From Octopus vulgaris (taxonomy: Eukaryota), in the NCBI GenBank assembly GCA_951406725.2, contig OX597818.1, positions 79,856,001 through 79,920,000 of the forward strand: a DNA stretch of 64,000 nucleotides. Reading direction: 5' to 3'. Below the pieces are notes generated by a model. The model was not told where the DNA came from. It made no database searches and saw only the letters and a program-made list of their open reading frames with translations. Made by a program: the position numbers and the translations under genes. This document shows positions 1 through 12,887 of the stretch, piece after piece (position 1 is the stretch's first letter; every line of letters starts with the position of its first letter).

Positions 1-562
1 TCAGCTGTGGAAAGTCACAAGAAAGTCTCTATTTCTTGTAACTGTGAACTATATTTCTATGTCATTGAAACAGTTTTGGAGACATTAAGTCTGGCTCCGA
101 CTTTCATGTACGCCAAGTTGCGCTCTTAACAACGATTATTTTGTTGTTGTTGGTGTTTTCTTCTTCACTTATTTAAAAAGACAAAAAATAAAAATACGAA
201 CCCAATTCATTTTATTTGACCAAGGAATCCTTTAAAAGATGTAGGATTAGCTTACTTCCAAAATAGCCGAATAGAAATTATTGGTCTATTATTTCTAACA
301 AGAAGAAGATGTGAAATTATATCAATGTCATCACTAACCTGGTTAGAATACGGTAGCTATAATATGGGGGGGGGCGTGTGCGCGTTCGTGTGTGTGCGTC
401 TGTGTGTGTATGTATGTATGCATATGTGTGTGTGTGTGTATGTATGTAGTTAAAAACGTAGTTAAAAACTTTTTATTTCTATGGACTCTTAACCCCTTTT
501 CAACTATACACACATACATTATGTATATATATATGTGTGTGTGTGTGTATTACAGAGAGAAG

Positions 563-619
<57 letters not shown>

Positions 620-891
620 TGTATGTATCTCTCCCACTCTCACTGTGTGTGTGAGTGTGTGTATATTTATATACCTAACTTTTTTTTACCTTTTATTTGT
701 TTCAGTCATTGGACTGTGATTATGCTGAGACACTACCCTGGAGTTTTTCTTTTTTTATTCAAATAAATCGACCCCAGTACTTATTTATATGTCTGATATT
801 CTAGCAGACACTTCTTCCGAACTGCTAAGTTACGGGGGCGTAAATATAAAGACACACACTACACATACATACATACATACATACAAGCACG

Positions 892-945
<54 letters not shown>

Positions 946-971
946 TATAGATATATACATATATACATATG

Positions 972-1250
972 TGTAAATGTAATATGTGACAATTATTCGG
1001 TAGCCATGATAAACTCCGAGTTTCGGATGCCGAGGTGGAAATCCATGCCACCATCTCTTCAGTTATCCGACCATCGGAAAAATACTATGAAAAATGAAGA
1101 GATGGCAGCGTGGATTTCCACCTCGGCATCCGAGACTCGGAGTTTTATCGTGGCTACCGAATAATTGTCACATATTACATTTACAGATAAATTCCTCTAT
1201 TTACATAATATCGAGGTCTCTTTCATTCTTTCGTTATCTTACCATTTTTA
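972..1250. mobile_element. Fold-back (inverted repeat) mini-element with hammerhead motifs, PLE-terminus-like, in (TA)n
   Basis: Arms 972-1061 and 1095-1185 are reverse complements with a few mismatches. The right arm has about 65 nt of extra tail. (TA)n lies on both sides. Confidence 0.8.
1008..1067 (-). ncRNA. Type I hammerhead ribozyme-like motif
   Basis: The minus strand reads GATAA-CTGAAGA-GATG..CATC-CGAAAC-TCGGAGT-TTATC, with core boxes, stem I GATAA/TTATC, stem II GATG/CATC and stem III ACTC/GAGT. The cleavage-site nucleotide is ambiguous. Confidence 0.65.
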
Positions 1251-1454
1251 TCAATATATATATATATATATATATACGGTGGGCTTCCATTCAGTTTCTG
1301 TCAACCAAGTTCATTCACAAGGCATTAATCGACCCGGCTATAGTAAGAAGACAGTTACCGAGGGTGTCGCAGAATGAGGCTGAACCCGAAATCACGTAGT
1401 TACAAAGTTACCTTTTTTACCACACTGTATCTGCAACTATATATATATATACAT

Positions 1455-1544
<90 letters not shown>

Positions 1545-1638
1545 GTATACATGCAAACATACAAAATACGTAAGTGCGTATGTATATATATATTTATATA
1601 TATAAGTATGTATGTATATATATATGTATATATATATT

Positions 1639-1669
<31 letters not shown>

Positions 1670-1850
1670 GTATATATGTATACACACATACCACATACGT
1701 ATGTATGTACGTACGTGTGTATACATGCACACACATATATACATATATGCATATATATACATACATATATATATACATATACGTATACATATATATATGT
1801 GTGTGTATGTATATATGTATATATATATATATATATGTATGTATATATAC

Positions 1851-1891
<41 letters not shown>

Positions 1892-2368
1892 CGATAGTGT
1901 AAATGAAATGTGGATGTAGTAGCTACTTTGTGTAATTTCATCCCCCACAAGATAGTTGCGTTAATTTTGTATATCTCTGAAACCCATAACATTTCTTATA
2001 ACTTCCTTGTAAGGGTCAAACTGCGATAGGGACCAGATTGGGTCAAATAGTTTATGGTGATAATGAATGCCTGTACATTGTTGAAAGTTGTTTTACTCAC
2101 AAACATTGTTCCACTCCCCTTCGGTACTACATCTCGTCTGGGAACGCTTAGGTTTATTATTAACAGGACAGATATTTAAAACGTTTTGGGCTTGGTTTTT
2201 TTTTTTTATTTTTCTCTTCAAATGTAATACACATAAAAGCAATTAATAATCCCTTTTCTGGTGAGTGCTTTCTTGTGTTCCCTTGATAGGTTTTCCTTCA
2301 CAGCCCTAAAAGGAATATCCTGTAAATTTAAAAGTGTGATGATTGAGAAGTAGAAAAGCAGTTCGGCT

Positions 2369-2449
2369 ATAAAGAGAGGGGAGAGTGTCCGAGTGAGAGA
2401 GGAGAGAGCGCGTAAGAGAGTGGGAGGAAGAGTGTGTACGAGAGAGAGA

Positions 2450-2480
<31 letters not shown>

Positions 2481-2880
2481 ATATATGAGAGACTGAAAGG
2501 GAGAGAGGGAAAGGAGTGAATGCATGTACGAGAGAGAGAGGGGGGAGGAGAGAGAGAAAGTTACGAGGGAAAGTGTATGAAAGAGAGATAGAGGGGGAGA
2601 GTGTACAAGAGAGAGGTTGAAAGTGTGTGAGAGGGAAGAAGAAGGGGAGGAGGAGAGTATAAGAGTAAGAGTACGAGGGAGAGAGAGTAACGAGATAGGA
2701 GAGAGAGCATCCGAGTGAGAGAAGGGAGAGAGTGTTAGACAGAGAGAGAATGAATATACGAGAGAGAGAGAAGAAAGAGAATCAGTGTACAAGAGAGAGA
2801 AAAGAGAAGAAAAAGAACGAATGTACGAGAGATTGAAATGGTAAGAGAGAGGGAAGTAGGAGAAAGAGACAGACAGAAGT
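2369..2880. repeat. Degenerate purine-rich (GA) low-complexity tract
   Basis: Near-pure A/G plus strand with recurring gtacgagagag units. Confidence 0.85.
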
Positions 2881-3326
2881 CGGCTTTCGTTTTACGTACT
2901 AAGGCGTTTACAGTGAAACAAATTTAAAAGTACACTAAAAAATGGGCAGAGACACTGATAAAGCAAGCACCTGCATAGACATATCAACATTGAATTGTTG
3001 CCAATTGAAAAGGGTTACTCTTGTAATAATACACTATCAACAAAATTTAAAAAAAACGAAAAGCAAATAAAAAAAAAAAAAAAAATACGAAAATAAAAAC
3101 ATGAAAATGTTGCAATCAAAAAATTGTAGCATGCACTTATAAGCTAACTTAGACAATTATTTACAAGTATATAAGATTAAAATCATTTCTTTCTCAGGCG
3201 ACCGATTATTCTTTTTCACTAATTTTAGAGCTGACACATTTACTACCGTTGTATAGCTGTTATGGCAGCACTTGTCTTTAATATATTTTGTGTTATTATT
3301 GAATATCTTAAGTCTCCTGCAATATG

Positions 3327-3387
<61 letters not shown>

Positions 3388-3542
3388 CTAAGAACATAGA
3401 ACAGCCTATGAACTTCTTAATTAGATACAAAAAATCAGTAAGTTTATAAAAAAGAAGAAAGAAAAAACTATATTTCTGTCAGATTTAACGGTCTCAAAAT
3501 AAAATATAGTTTATGACATCACAGCTCTGCTGCTGTTGTTGG

Positions 3543-3574
<32 letters not shown>

Positions 3575-3575
3575 C

Positions 3576-3610
<35 letters not shown>

Positions 3611-3827
3611 CAACCCTTAGCCAATTCTGATTGAGCAAACCAATGATAATAAGATATTCTAGAAGTGCCCATCAAGTCTCTAAGGTACGACTACTGTACA
3701 TTATATTATGTGTCGTTTCCTTGTTAAGACAGTAGGAAGCGATTTTAAGGAGATTTATTCTATTTCTAATAGATTAAGAGACCGGGTAGCGAGTGGATTC
3801 TAATGTTGATACAAATATACACTTTTA

Positions 3828-3970
3828 GGCATATGTAAATTTTTCGAGAAGCGGACCGCATGAGACCTGGTTCAACATCAAGCATCAAGACAATTTTTAA
3901 TTTTTCCTAGGGCGTGCCATTCAGAAAGCTATGTTGGCCTCATGTTGCTCGAGGGCTGCTAGTTGCTCAT
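3828..3970. mobile_element. Possible hAT/Charlie-like MITE remnant
   Basis: The end ggcctcatgttgctcgagggctgctagttgctca resembles degenerate hAT-Charlie subterminal motifs. Confidence 0.35.
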
Positions 3971-4045
3971 AATAAAAGCAATACTATAAAGTTTATAGTA
4001 TTGCTATCGTTATTATCAACTAGCGGCAGCAACAACACCAGCAGT

Positions 4046-4540
4046 GGAGGCGCAATGGCCCAGTGCTTAGGGCAGCGGACTCGCGGTCGTAAGAATGCGG
4101 TTTCGATTCCCAGACCGGGCATTGTGAGTGTTTATTGGGCAAAAACACCTAATCTCCACGAGGCTCCGGCGGGGTGGTGGTGGTGAACCCCGCTGTACTC
4201 TTTCACCACAACTTTCTCTCACTCTTTCTTCCTACTTCTGCCACAAAGCAGAGAAACCATGGTATAACCCACTATGGTGTGGTAAACTTTCAGACCCTAG
4301 TCTAGATTGCGAATCCTCTGTACCCCAGGGTGATTCAGCTCTCCACTCGTTAAAAGCTACCGTTTCGCGCCCGTATCACCACCAGTCTATCGCGTGTGGT
4401 GGGTGGATCTTCAAGTTGCCACACGCATTCTTAGTAGCTTAGAGTAGGCTCGAATTAGAGATTATTCTTTGTGGCTAATGGCGTGAGTCCTGATTAGAAG
4501 AAGAAGAAGAAGAAGAAGAAGAAGAAGAAGAAGAAGAAGA
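4046..4540 (+). mobile_element. tRNA-derived SINE (family B) with long 3' tail ending in (GAA)n
   Basis: A-box TGGCCCAGTGCTTAG and B-box GTTTCGATTCCC. Colinear with the inverted copy at 19784-20359. Confidence 0.85.
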
Positions 4541-5151
4541 CAGTGGTTTCTAATTTAGGCACAATGCCGGCAGTTGTATGGGGTGGAGGCAAGCAAATAC
4601 CATTGACCCTCGTACTTGATTAATGTTGAGATCGATCTGCTCATAGATATGTCAATCCGAGCAGACTGCAATACTTCTGTGAATACGTCTGAAAATTAAG
4701 TAAATGCAATGACATTGAAACAGAAATCTCAAAACCGTAGCATTTAATAACAACTATACTTGTGATCATAGGAGCTTTGAGGATAATATCAAATGGCTCT
4801 CTTTAATACTACGGTCAAATACTTGGAAATCCAAAAGTATCAGAACTATTTTTCTCGTGAGCACAACTACATTCTAAGAAAAACAGTGTGAAGCTGAGAA
4901 TATGCTAATCTTTCCAAGTCTTTTAAAATCGCAGATATAACAACAAACTGTTCAAAAATCTTAATTCTCAGTATTCAGTCTCCTTTCCCTGCAATATATC
5001 ATCACGACTCATAAGTAAAACCTAAAATGAAACGTTTGACTTGCTGTTTCTTGGAATTTCTGCGAGACTTTATTAATAATCTCTATTAATAATCTCTACC
5101 TGGCCCTCTGTCAAAATCTGAAACCAATATTAAAAATCTATATATGTTTTA

Positions 5152-6050
5152 TTGGGTTAGCCAAAATTACGTTCGGCTTTTTTCGATACTAAACTTCAAG
5201 CACTTTAATAAGTAGCTAACTTCAGTCAGTCCTTTGTGCATGCACAACGCAACGTAGCTCGACGCGAACTTGCTACGAGTTAGGTTGTATTTTGTGTGCT
5301 TTGGGTCACCCTGAAAATGGAGAACCAAAAACGAGCATTATCGACCCCATGCTTTTTTTATTATTTAAAAAAGACAAGAAAGCGACCGAAACCTACAGGA
5401 AGGTATGCTGTGTGTGCAAAGAGGATGCTCTTACTGAACCTGTTTTCTAGAATTGCTTCTCAAGATTTCGATCGAGAATTTTTTCGTTTTAGTATGCACT
5501 TTGCTCTAGCCGGCCAACTGAGATTAACAGTTACACCAAGCCCAATTATACGACCAGGATGGTCGCAAATCTCCAAATATCCGAATGGAGTGTTGAAAAA
5601 CATCTGCATCAACTTGATTACATCATCAGGCTCGAAGTTTGGATCTTATATCAATTGATTGAGGCTAACCTCGCCCGACGGATTTCCATCTGTTAATCGT
5701 TGTAGAAACATAAAGAAAATGGTCTTTTAAAGAGAATGGTGACAGGGGACGAAAAATGAATTGACTTTAACAATGTGAAGCGCAAAAGATCATAGATCCT
5801 CTAAAGCAGAACTTTACTTGAAGTAGGTTATGTTCTGAATTTGATCGGACTGGAAGCGTGTTGTCTTTTACGAGCTTCGGCCGACGGACAGGTCTATTAG
5901 TTCGGATGTACGTATAAATAGCAATAGTTGTGGGAGGAGTTGCACAAAATTTAACTACATTTATCTTACGGCAATAAATATTTTTCTTTTAAGAATTAGC
6001 ATTCATTTCATGATTTCGTATAAAGACCAAGAAATTTGGTGACAATTAAA
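5152..6050 (+). mobile_element. Decayed mariner transposon
   Basis: TA-TTGGGTTAGCC terminus. Frameshifted transposase starting MENQK at 5317, with remnants such as KRMVTGDEK..FNNVKRK and DWKRVVFYEL. The right end is uncertain. Confidence 0.75.
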
Positions 6051-6135
6051 TTCTAATTATTGCATGTATGCCATATTTCCTGCTATTACACCTAGTGTTC
6101 TCCCAAATCTCCCCGTCATATGAAAGGCAATGCTC

Positions 6136-6168
<33 letters not shown>

Positions 6169-6178
6169 CAGCAGCAGC

Positions 6179-6240
<62 letters not shown>

Positions 6241-6329
6241 CAGCAGCAGCAGCAATGACATTAGGATATTTTTTTTTCTTATTGAGTCTGCAAGAAGGGG
6301 TAGTACCCTTGACCTTTGAAAGCCACTTT

Positions 6330-7030
6330 GAAAAAGGTGAGGTTAAAGCAGTTAATAATGTTCCGTTTAAACCGTTGTGGAAAAGGCATGCGTAGGGAGG
6401 AGATTCGAGAGGACCGATGTTCTGGGGGAGGAGAAGGACTGGATATCGTAGTCAGTTTAGCGAGGAAGGAGAGGTTGTGAAATGAGTAGTAGGTAATGTT
6501 TGCGTGTTGGAGATACCAGACCAACCAGTTCTAAGGAAACAGAGGACTTCGTGGTAATGACAGAGAAACCAGAAACTGAAGATAGCGTGCCACTTGTTTT
6601 TACGTTCTCAGAACAAATCAAGCCAAGGTCGACTTGACCTTTAATGTTTCCGTGTGTGTTCATTCGTGATTAAATGCCGATCGATTGAGTAGTCCTTATC
6701 TAGCTGTTGTCTTGGAGGTCTATATGTGTAACACTACCAGCCCAGTCAGAGGAACAATGGTCCATTGTGAACGCCAGTTGAAAGTGTCGGGAATTGTAAG
6801 GGGCTAAAATATTTTATGTCTCTGAAAAGAAAGGGCAGTCTGTGGGATTCAATCTAAGTAATGTTAAGGATGTGCTTTCACAAGGTGAGATTCTCGATAT
6901 TACATATCGCCCAATATTTTGAGTGACTTTCAGGACCCTGTTTGAGTGCCTCTCGTGTTTAGGTAAGAGAGAGAAAGTGCTTTTTTGGTAGAAGTATTGC
7001 ATTTGTTTGATCAACAGAACTAGATACTCG
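6330..7030 (-). mobile_element. Decayed non-LTR retrotransposon (CR1/Jockey group) 3' ORF2 fragment
   Basis: Minus-strand peptides ISPCESTSLTLL, YFSPLQ, MDHCSSDWAGSVTHIDL and FPQRFKRNIIN resemble the RT C-terminal region (MEYCSHIWAG motif). Many stops and frameshifts. Confidence 0.65.
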
Positions 7031-7067
7031 TTGAAGCGATCTTCACTTCACAATAATTTACATATAA

Positions 7068-7207
7068 TCTAGGCACAAGGCCCGAAATTTTGGGGGAGGG
7101 GGCCAGTCAATTACATCGACCCCAATACGTAACTGGTACTTAATTTATCGACCCCGAAAGGATGAAAGGCAAAGTCGACGTGTTAACCTTTCTGCCAGCT
7201 CGCTGCC
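7068..7207 (-). mobile_element. SINE family C (internally deleted)
   Basis: Reverse complement of the copy at 50279-50490. Confidence 0.8.
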
Positions 7208-7227
7208 TTACATATTCAAATAATATC

Positions 7228-7316
7228 GGTGCAGGCGTAGCTGTGTGGTTGCAAAGCTTGGTTCCCAGCCTTGAGGTCTTGGGTTTGGGTTCATTCCAAC
7301 TGCGCAGCACCTTGGT

Positions 7317-7411
<95 letters not shown>

Positions 7412-7502
7412 TACGTGTGTACTAAGGTCATTTGTTCGACTAAACTCTTGAAGGTGGTACCCCTTCATGGGCGCAGTTCAATGAGGAAAAACAAGTAAAA
7501 GA
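7228..7502 (+). mobile_element. SINE family A, partial
   Basis: Head ggtgcaggcgtagctgtgtgg and a tail match 45905-46358. Confidence 0.7.
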
Positions 7503-7527
7503 TACATATTATATATATATGTGTGTG

Positions 7528-7597
<70 letters not shown>

Positions 7598-9029
7598 TAC
7601 ATCATACATGAATCCATATATACATCCATACATACATTCCTGCATGCATACATACATACATTCATACGTACATATGTGTACCTAATTTTATATAAACTTA
7701 CATAGATGGATACATACATGCATGCATACATCCATACACATATACATGTGCATACATACATCCATGCGTATATAATTCTGCACAAATCCTCATAAAAGCA
7801 GAATGTATAATATTGAAAGCCTATATTCAAAGGTAAGACGAAGTAGTAAACGTTAAGTATATAACTGTATCCAAGCGAATTAGCATTTAAGTCCCAGACT
7901 GTTTGAAATTCTAGCCAAGAGGTGAAGGGTTTCAGGGTAGCGACAACAGGTTTTTGTTTGAACAACATGTTCCGCTGTCAAGCTGACGGCCCTGGGGTTG
8001 CGAAGAGATGACGATAAAATGGGTGGTAAGGTTGGATGGTGCCAGGGATAAAAAGACTGAACAGAGAACAAAACGTTGGAGAATATTGTAATATCTACGG
8101 AATTGAATTACATTTGTACTAGGGAATGAGTGAAATGATACCGGTGGAGGGAGAGAGAGCGAGACAAAAAAGAGAGAGATAGGGCGAGGCTGAGCGATTA
8201 AGAAGAAGAGAGAGAGTGGAGTAAGACATGCAGAGGCTTAAATTGAAAAATTGGCAAGGCTGTAAGATGTGTGAGTGAAAGGGGGAGTTAGGTTGAGTGT
8301 GAGACCACCCAGTTTGGTTGTGAGCTAACTCTATCTATTATACTCCCACTAACTCTCCACCTCCTACTCCTTTATACTCTTCTGCACTTTTTTGTTCGCC
8401 ATTGTTGTTATCATTGTTATTGCAGTGCTTAAAAAAGTATATCGCTGTTGCTGTTGGTATTTAACCCGAGGTCAGCCTTCATTAAGTTGCAGCAGACCTG
8501 TGATAAAAGGCATTCGAGTAGTGACCATCTCGTCTAGTATTCAGACATAATGTATCAAGGACTATATTATCCAAAGTGACGTTCTTTTTTTAAGATAGGA
8601 GAATGTAATTTCAGGGTTATTTGGTTACTATTTCTAACAAATCCAGTAACTAAATACAGACTCCATTGTTGATCCGAGTATCACACTTTTAATACTCGGA
8701 TCAACAATACGCCCGAGTTAATGGTATTTTAAAACGCCACATCGAACTTACACTCTATTTCAAATAATATAATAGAGTTTTCCTTCATTGACAGCATCTA
8801 AAGTTATTGATTAACGGACAAGATTGAGTAAGCGCTATGAACATGCTAATTCGGATTCTATTCGAATTTTAAGTAGTATCAATTTCAATGCCACTTCTAT
8901 TATATTTGTAAATCTGGTTTCTATTTTACGATGATTGTACTACTATTATATCTAGATATCTGGGGTCATATTTAACTATGGTTGTATTCAAAAAAATTAG
9001 AGCATATGTAGTCAGTATACATATTTCGT

Positions 9030-9178
9030 TATTACCCACAAGAGGCTAAAGACAGAGGGGACAAACAAGGACAGACATAGGTATTAAGTCGATTACATCG
9101 ACCCCAGTGCGTAACTGGTACTTAATTTATCGACCCCGAAAGGATGAAAGGCAAAGTCGACCTCGGCGGAATTTGAAC
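9030..9178 (-). mobile_element. SINE family C-related fragment
   Basis: Contains atcgaccccagtgcgtaactggtacttaatttatcgaccccgaaaggatgaaaggcaaagtcgac, shared with other copies. Confidence 0.8.
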
Positions 9179-9218
9179 AGTATACAGCTACACACATAAA
9201 TATATATATACATGCATA

Positions 9219-9280
<62 letters not shown>

Positions 9281-9283
<3 letters not shown>

Positions 9284-10006
9284 CTTAGATAACTTAGAAA
9301 GGTTTTTGGCCAGTATTGGCCCAGGCCATGTCTAACTTAATAGCACCACCTGGCGAAGTCTTTCAGTTCAGGATTTGGGCACCAAGGCCCATTCGAGCAG
9401 AGAGTTATTGTTTGCGGAGACATATCCGGGTGTGGATGGTTTGTCCGGTACTGTTTGAAGGAATTTGTCCAAAGACTTCTTGAATTTTGTGTGGTCAGTT
9501 TCTTTTTTGACGTGTCCTGGTGTAATGTTGAAGAGAGCGGGTCCAATTGAGGTGAAATAGTTGTGCCGTATTGTCGTTATGTGATGCGATTTAGATTTTT
9601 GTTGTGGACGGATGGCACGTGGTCCAAGCCTTGGATGCATTTTGAAGGTGATGCCAACATCATTCGGACAGTGCTGATGGAATATTTTCCACATCATACA
9701 GATAATGTAGCGTTCACGGCGTCGTTGGAGTGAATACAATTTCAGCTTCTCTAGTCTACCCCAGTAGTCAAGGTCTGACATGCCATCTATCTTTTTTGTG
9801 ATTGACCTTTGGGGAGCTTCAATTCTCATAATATTTTGTTTTGTGTAGGGAGACCACAGTGGACAGCAGTATTCAAGGTGGGGTCGGGCAAAAGTGGAGA
9901 AGAGAAGGATAATAGCGTGGGAATCTCTCGACTGGAAGGTTCTGAGAATCCAGGAACACATTCTGCGGGCCATGTCAACTTTGCTGCTTATATGTGTAGC
10001 CCAGCT
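9281..10006 (-). mobile_element. 5'-truncated CR1-group LINE (ORF2 C-terminus, 3' UTR, short tandem tail)
   Basis: Uninterrupted frame [50 protein letters not shown]. The 3' UTR has a stem (ggcctgggccaatactggcc) and a (tctaagtta)2 tail. (TA)n lies on both sides. The ORF-track start in microsatellite is spurious. Confidence 0.9.
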
Positions 10007-10018
10007 TATATTTATATG

Positions 10019-10069
<51 letters not shown>

Positions 10070-10156
10070 ATATATATATATGAATATGTATATATATGTA
10101 TGTATATACATCTATACATATATGTGTTTTTGTGTGTGTGTGTGTGTGTGTGTGTA

Positions 10157-11038
10157 CAGGCTACGGTGAATATATTGTCGTCTAAATTACGTAAAAATGA
10201 AAATAACACTGACATTTCATTTTAATAGATATATTTACCAAAATTACATTAAAATATCTTGAAATACTAAAGAGTAAATTTATTCATTAAAATTGCCATT
10301 TGCTTTAACTACGGCCCCCAGACGACTTCGGAATCTCCTGCAAATCTTCTGGGCGGTCTCCTTGTAAGTTGGTGAATGCTATCATAATCCTTACCTTTAG
10401 TTCATCTTTGGTGTTACAAGAATCTTTGTTGGTCTCTTGCTCATCTGAGCCCCACACATAATAATAAAGTGGCTTATAGGCTGGGGAGTTAGATGGCCAA
10501 ATGTTACGAGTGATGTGGTCGTAGATATTGTCTAACAACCATGACTGGGTCCTCCTGCTTGTGTGACATGGTGCAGACTTCTGTTGCCAGACATAGGGTC
10601 TTCCAACAGCCATCATCTTGATACAGGGCAGCACTATCTCTTCCAGGCACTTGATGTAGGACTTTGTGCTGAGTGTGGGGTAGTGTGAGAATATGAATAG
10701 AGGTATAACGTCACCAAAACTAGTGATCACTGAAAACACCATGATGTTGACTGGATATTTGATTTTTATCACTCTCGGTACTTGTTTTGGGGACACGGCG
10801 AGCCAACGGTTGTTCTGTATGTTCACTGTCTGTTCGTATTGGGCCGCCAGCACGAATGACAAATACAGCGTGTCGTTTCCAAATTTCTGGCAGAGTGAAT
10901 TACGTCATGGTGCTACTTTGCCTGCAGACGGTGTCCAACTGACCCTACCATACTGTGTAGTCGACAACATCAAAACCAAACAATGCGCATGCGCAAAATT
11001 AAAAATATAAAATGGCGACAATTTACCCATCGCACTTT
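10157..11038 (-). mobile_element. Tc1/mariner maT-type (DD37D) deletion derivative
   Basis: Degenerate TIRs caggctacggtgaatatattgtcg / cgacaatttacccatcgcac. The peptide QNNRW..IMVFSVI..WQQKSAPCH..WPSNSPAYKPLYYYVWG has 37 residues between the two mutated catalytic positions. Confidence 0.85.
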
Positions 11039-11040
11039 TC

Positions 11041-12085
11041 AATTGCATGAAATAAAAGTCGGAGGGGGACGGGATGAACTACATGCATCAACGTCTTATA
11101 AAAGCTGGTAGTAATTTCACCTTCCACTTATTCTTAGTGCAGGTTTTGAAGAAAGCAGTTCGATTTTAACAATTACTTTTTCAAAGCTATAATGGAAGTG
11201 ACAAAGGAGCATATTCGGCATATTTTGCTTTATGAGTTCAATAAAGGCAACAACGCAACGGAAAGTGTGAAGAATATTAATGCAACATATGGAGATCGGA
11301 CAATAAGCATAAGCCAGTATCAACGGTGGTTCCAGAAATTCCAAGCCAGAAACTGCAGCCTAAAAGACGTGTCTCGTCCTTAAAGATCTGTAGAGCTCGA
11401 CGATGACGTCCTGCAAACTCTGGTGGAACAAAATCCCATCGTAGCTGTTGAGCAACAGGCAGAGAAGCTTGGATTTGGTTATTCAACCATTCATCGACAC
11501 CTGCGTGCCACCGGAAAAGTCAACAATTTGGGCCAATGGGTTCCTCACAAACTTTCCGAGTCTAATCCGTGCTGTCAATGAATGTGTTTTCCTCTTTGCT
11601 GTCACCTCTCACGAATGCACCTTTTCTGGCCGAATAGTGACTGGCGGCGAGAAATGGGCTCTCTATAAAAATGTCAAGACAGTGGGTAGGGAAAGTAGAA
11701 ACAAAGGCATCCCAGGCTAAAGAAGATCTTCACACATGTAAGGTGTTGTTATCTGTTTAGTGGAATATGAGAGGTTTAGTCCAGTTTGAACATTTAAGCC
11801 CAAACCAAACGTTAACAAAGATCTACTACGAGCAGCTTGAGCGTCTTCAAAATCATTTGGACGGGAAAATATAAATTTTGTAGACACGGTCAGAACAGTA
11901 CCGAAGAAATAGTTTTCGCCACGGAGAAGTGAATTTTGGAAGAGGGACCCTGCACGTCTACCAGATAGATGGAAGAGCATTGTAGAATATGAAGGAGAGT
12001 ATATTTTAGATTAAAAAAGAACTTTGTTTATATTAATTTTGAAAAATAAATGTATAAAAAACCGCATTATTTATTATGGGATGAC

Positions 12086-12088
<3 letters not shown>
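11041..12088 (+). mobile_element. Decayed mariner transposon
   Basis: N-terminal HTH MEVTKEHIRHILLYEFNKGNNATE..QRWFQKF, plus WVPHKL and IVTGGEKW remnants. Right TIR tatgggatgacccaa-TA; the left TIR was not found. Confidence 0.85.
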
Positions 12089-12157
<69 letters not shown>

Positions 12158-12289
12158 TGTATGTATGTGTGTGTGTGTGTGTGTGTATGTGTGTGTCAGT
12201 GAGTATGTGTGTATTTATACACATACACTCACTCACACACATGTATAATATGTATGTGTGTATATGTATGGTTGTGAATATGTGCGTGC

Positions 12290-12321
<32 letters not shown>

Positions 12322-12329
12322 TCAAGGGG

Positions 12330-12540
12330 TGTCATGTCGGCAGAATCGTTAGCACGTAGGACAAAATTATTTGTGGCAATACCTTTGGCTCTTAATTTTT
12401 GAGCTCAAATCCCACCGATGCCAACTTTGTCTTTCAATCTTTTGGGGGCGATTATATGAAATACCAGTCAAGTAATGTCATCGATATAATCGATTTCCTC
12501 TTTTCCCTTAAAATTGCTGCTTTTGTCAAAATTTAAAACA
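12330..12540 (+). mobile_element. SINE family C, diverged
   Basis: ggcagaatcgttagcac..gagctcaaatccc..taccagtcaagta matches family C. Confidence 0.65.
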
Positions 12541-12670
12541 ATTACATCAACATGTAATTAGTGATTATTTCTTCCATCATTATTAATAGAAATAATAACT
12601 GTTAAAAGGAAAATAAAAGCCGGAATAATTACGGACCGACCCAATATATATATGTGTGTGTGTGTGTGTG

Positions 12671-12710
<40 letters not shown>

Positions 12711-12755
12711 TAATATTATAATATATATGATATATATATAATATATATATTATAC

Positions 12756-12887
<132 letters not shown>

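Larger units (their letters stand above)
691..1425 (-). mobile_element. tRNA-derived SINE (family A), split in its central microsatellite by an HHR palindrome
   Basis: The 3' part (691-865) and head (1277-1425) match the reverse complement of the full copy at 45905-46358. Confidence 0.8.

Noticed and set aside
4046-4120. tRNA genes at SINE heads
   Set aside because: A and B boxes are present but no complete cloverleaf was seen, and the heads continue into multi-copy SINE bodies.
4285-4365. HDV-like ribozyme in the family B SINE tail
   Set aside because: P1-like pairing and a TCCTC loop are visible, but a consistent P2/P3/J4-2 topology could not be built by eye; it needs a descriptor search.
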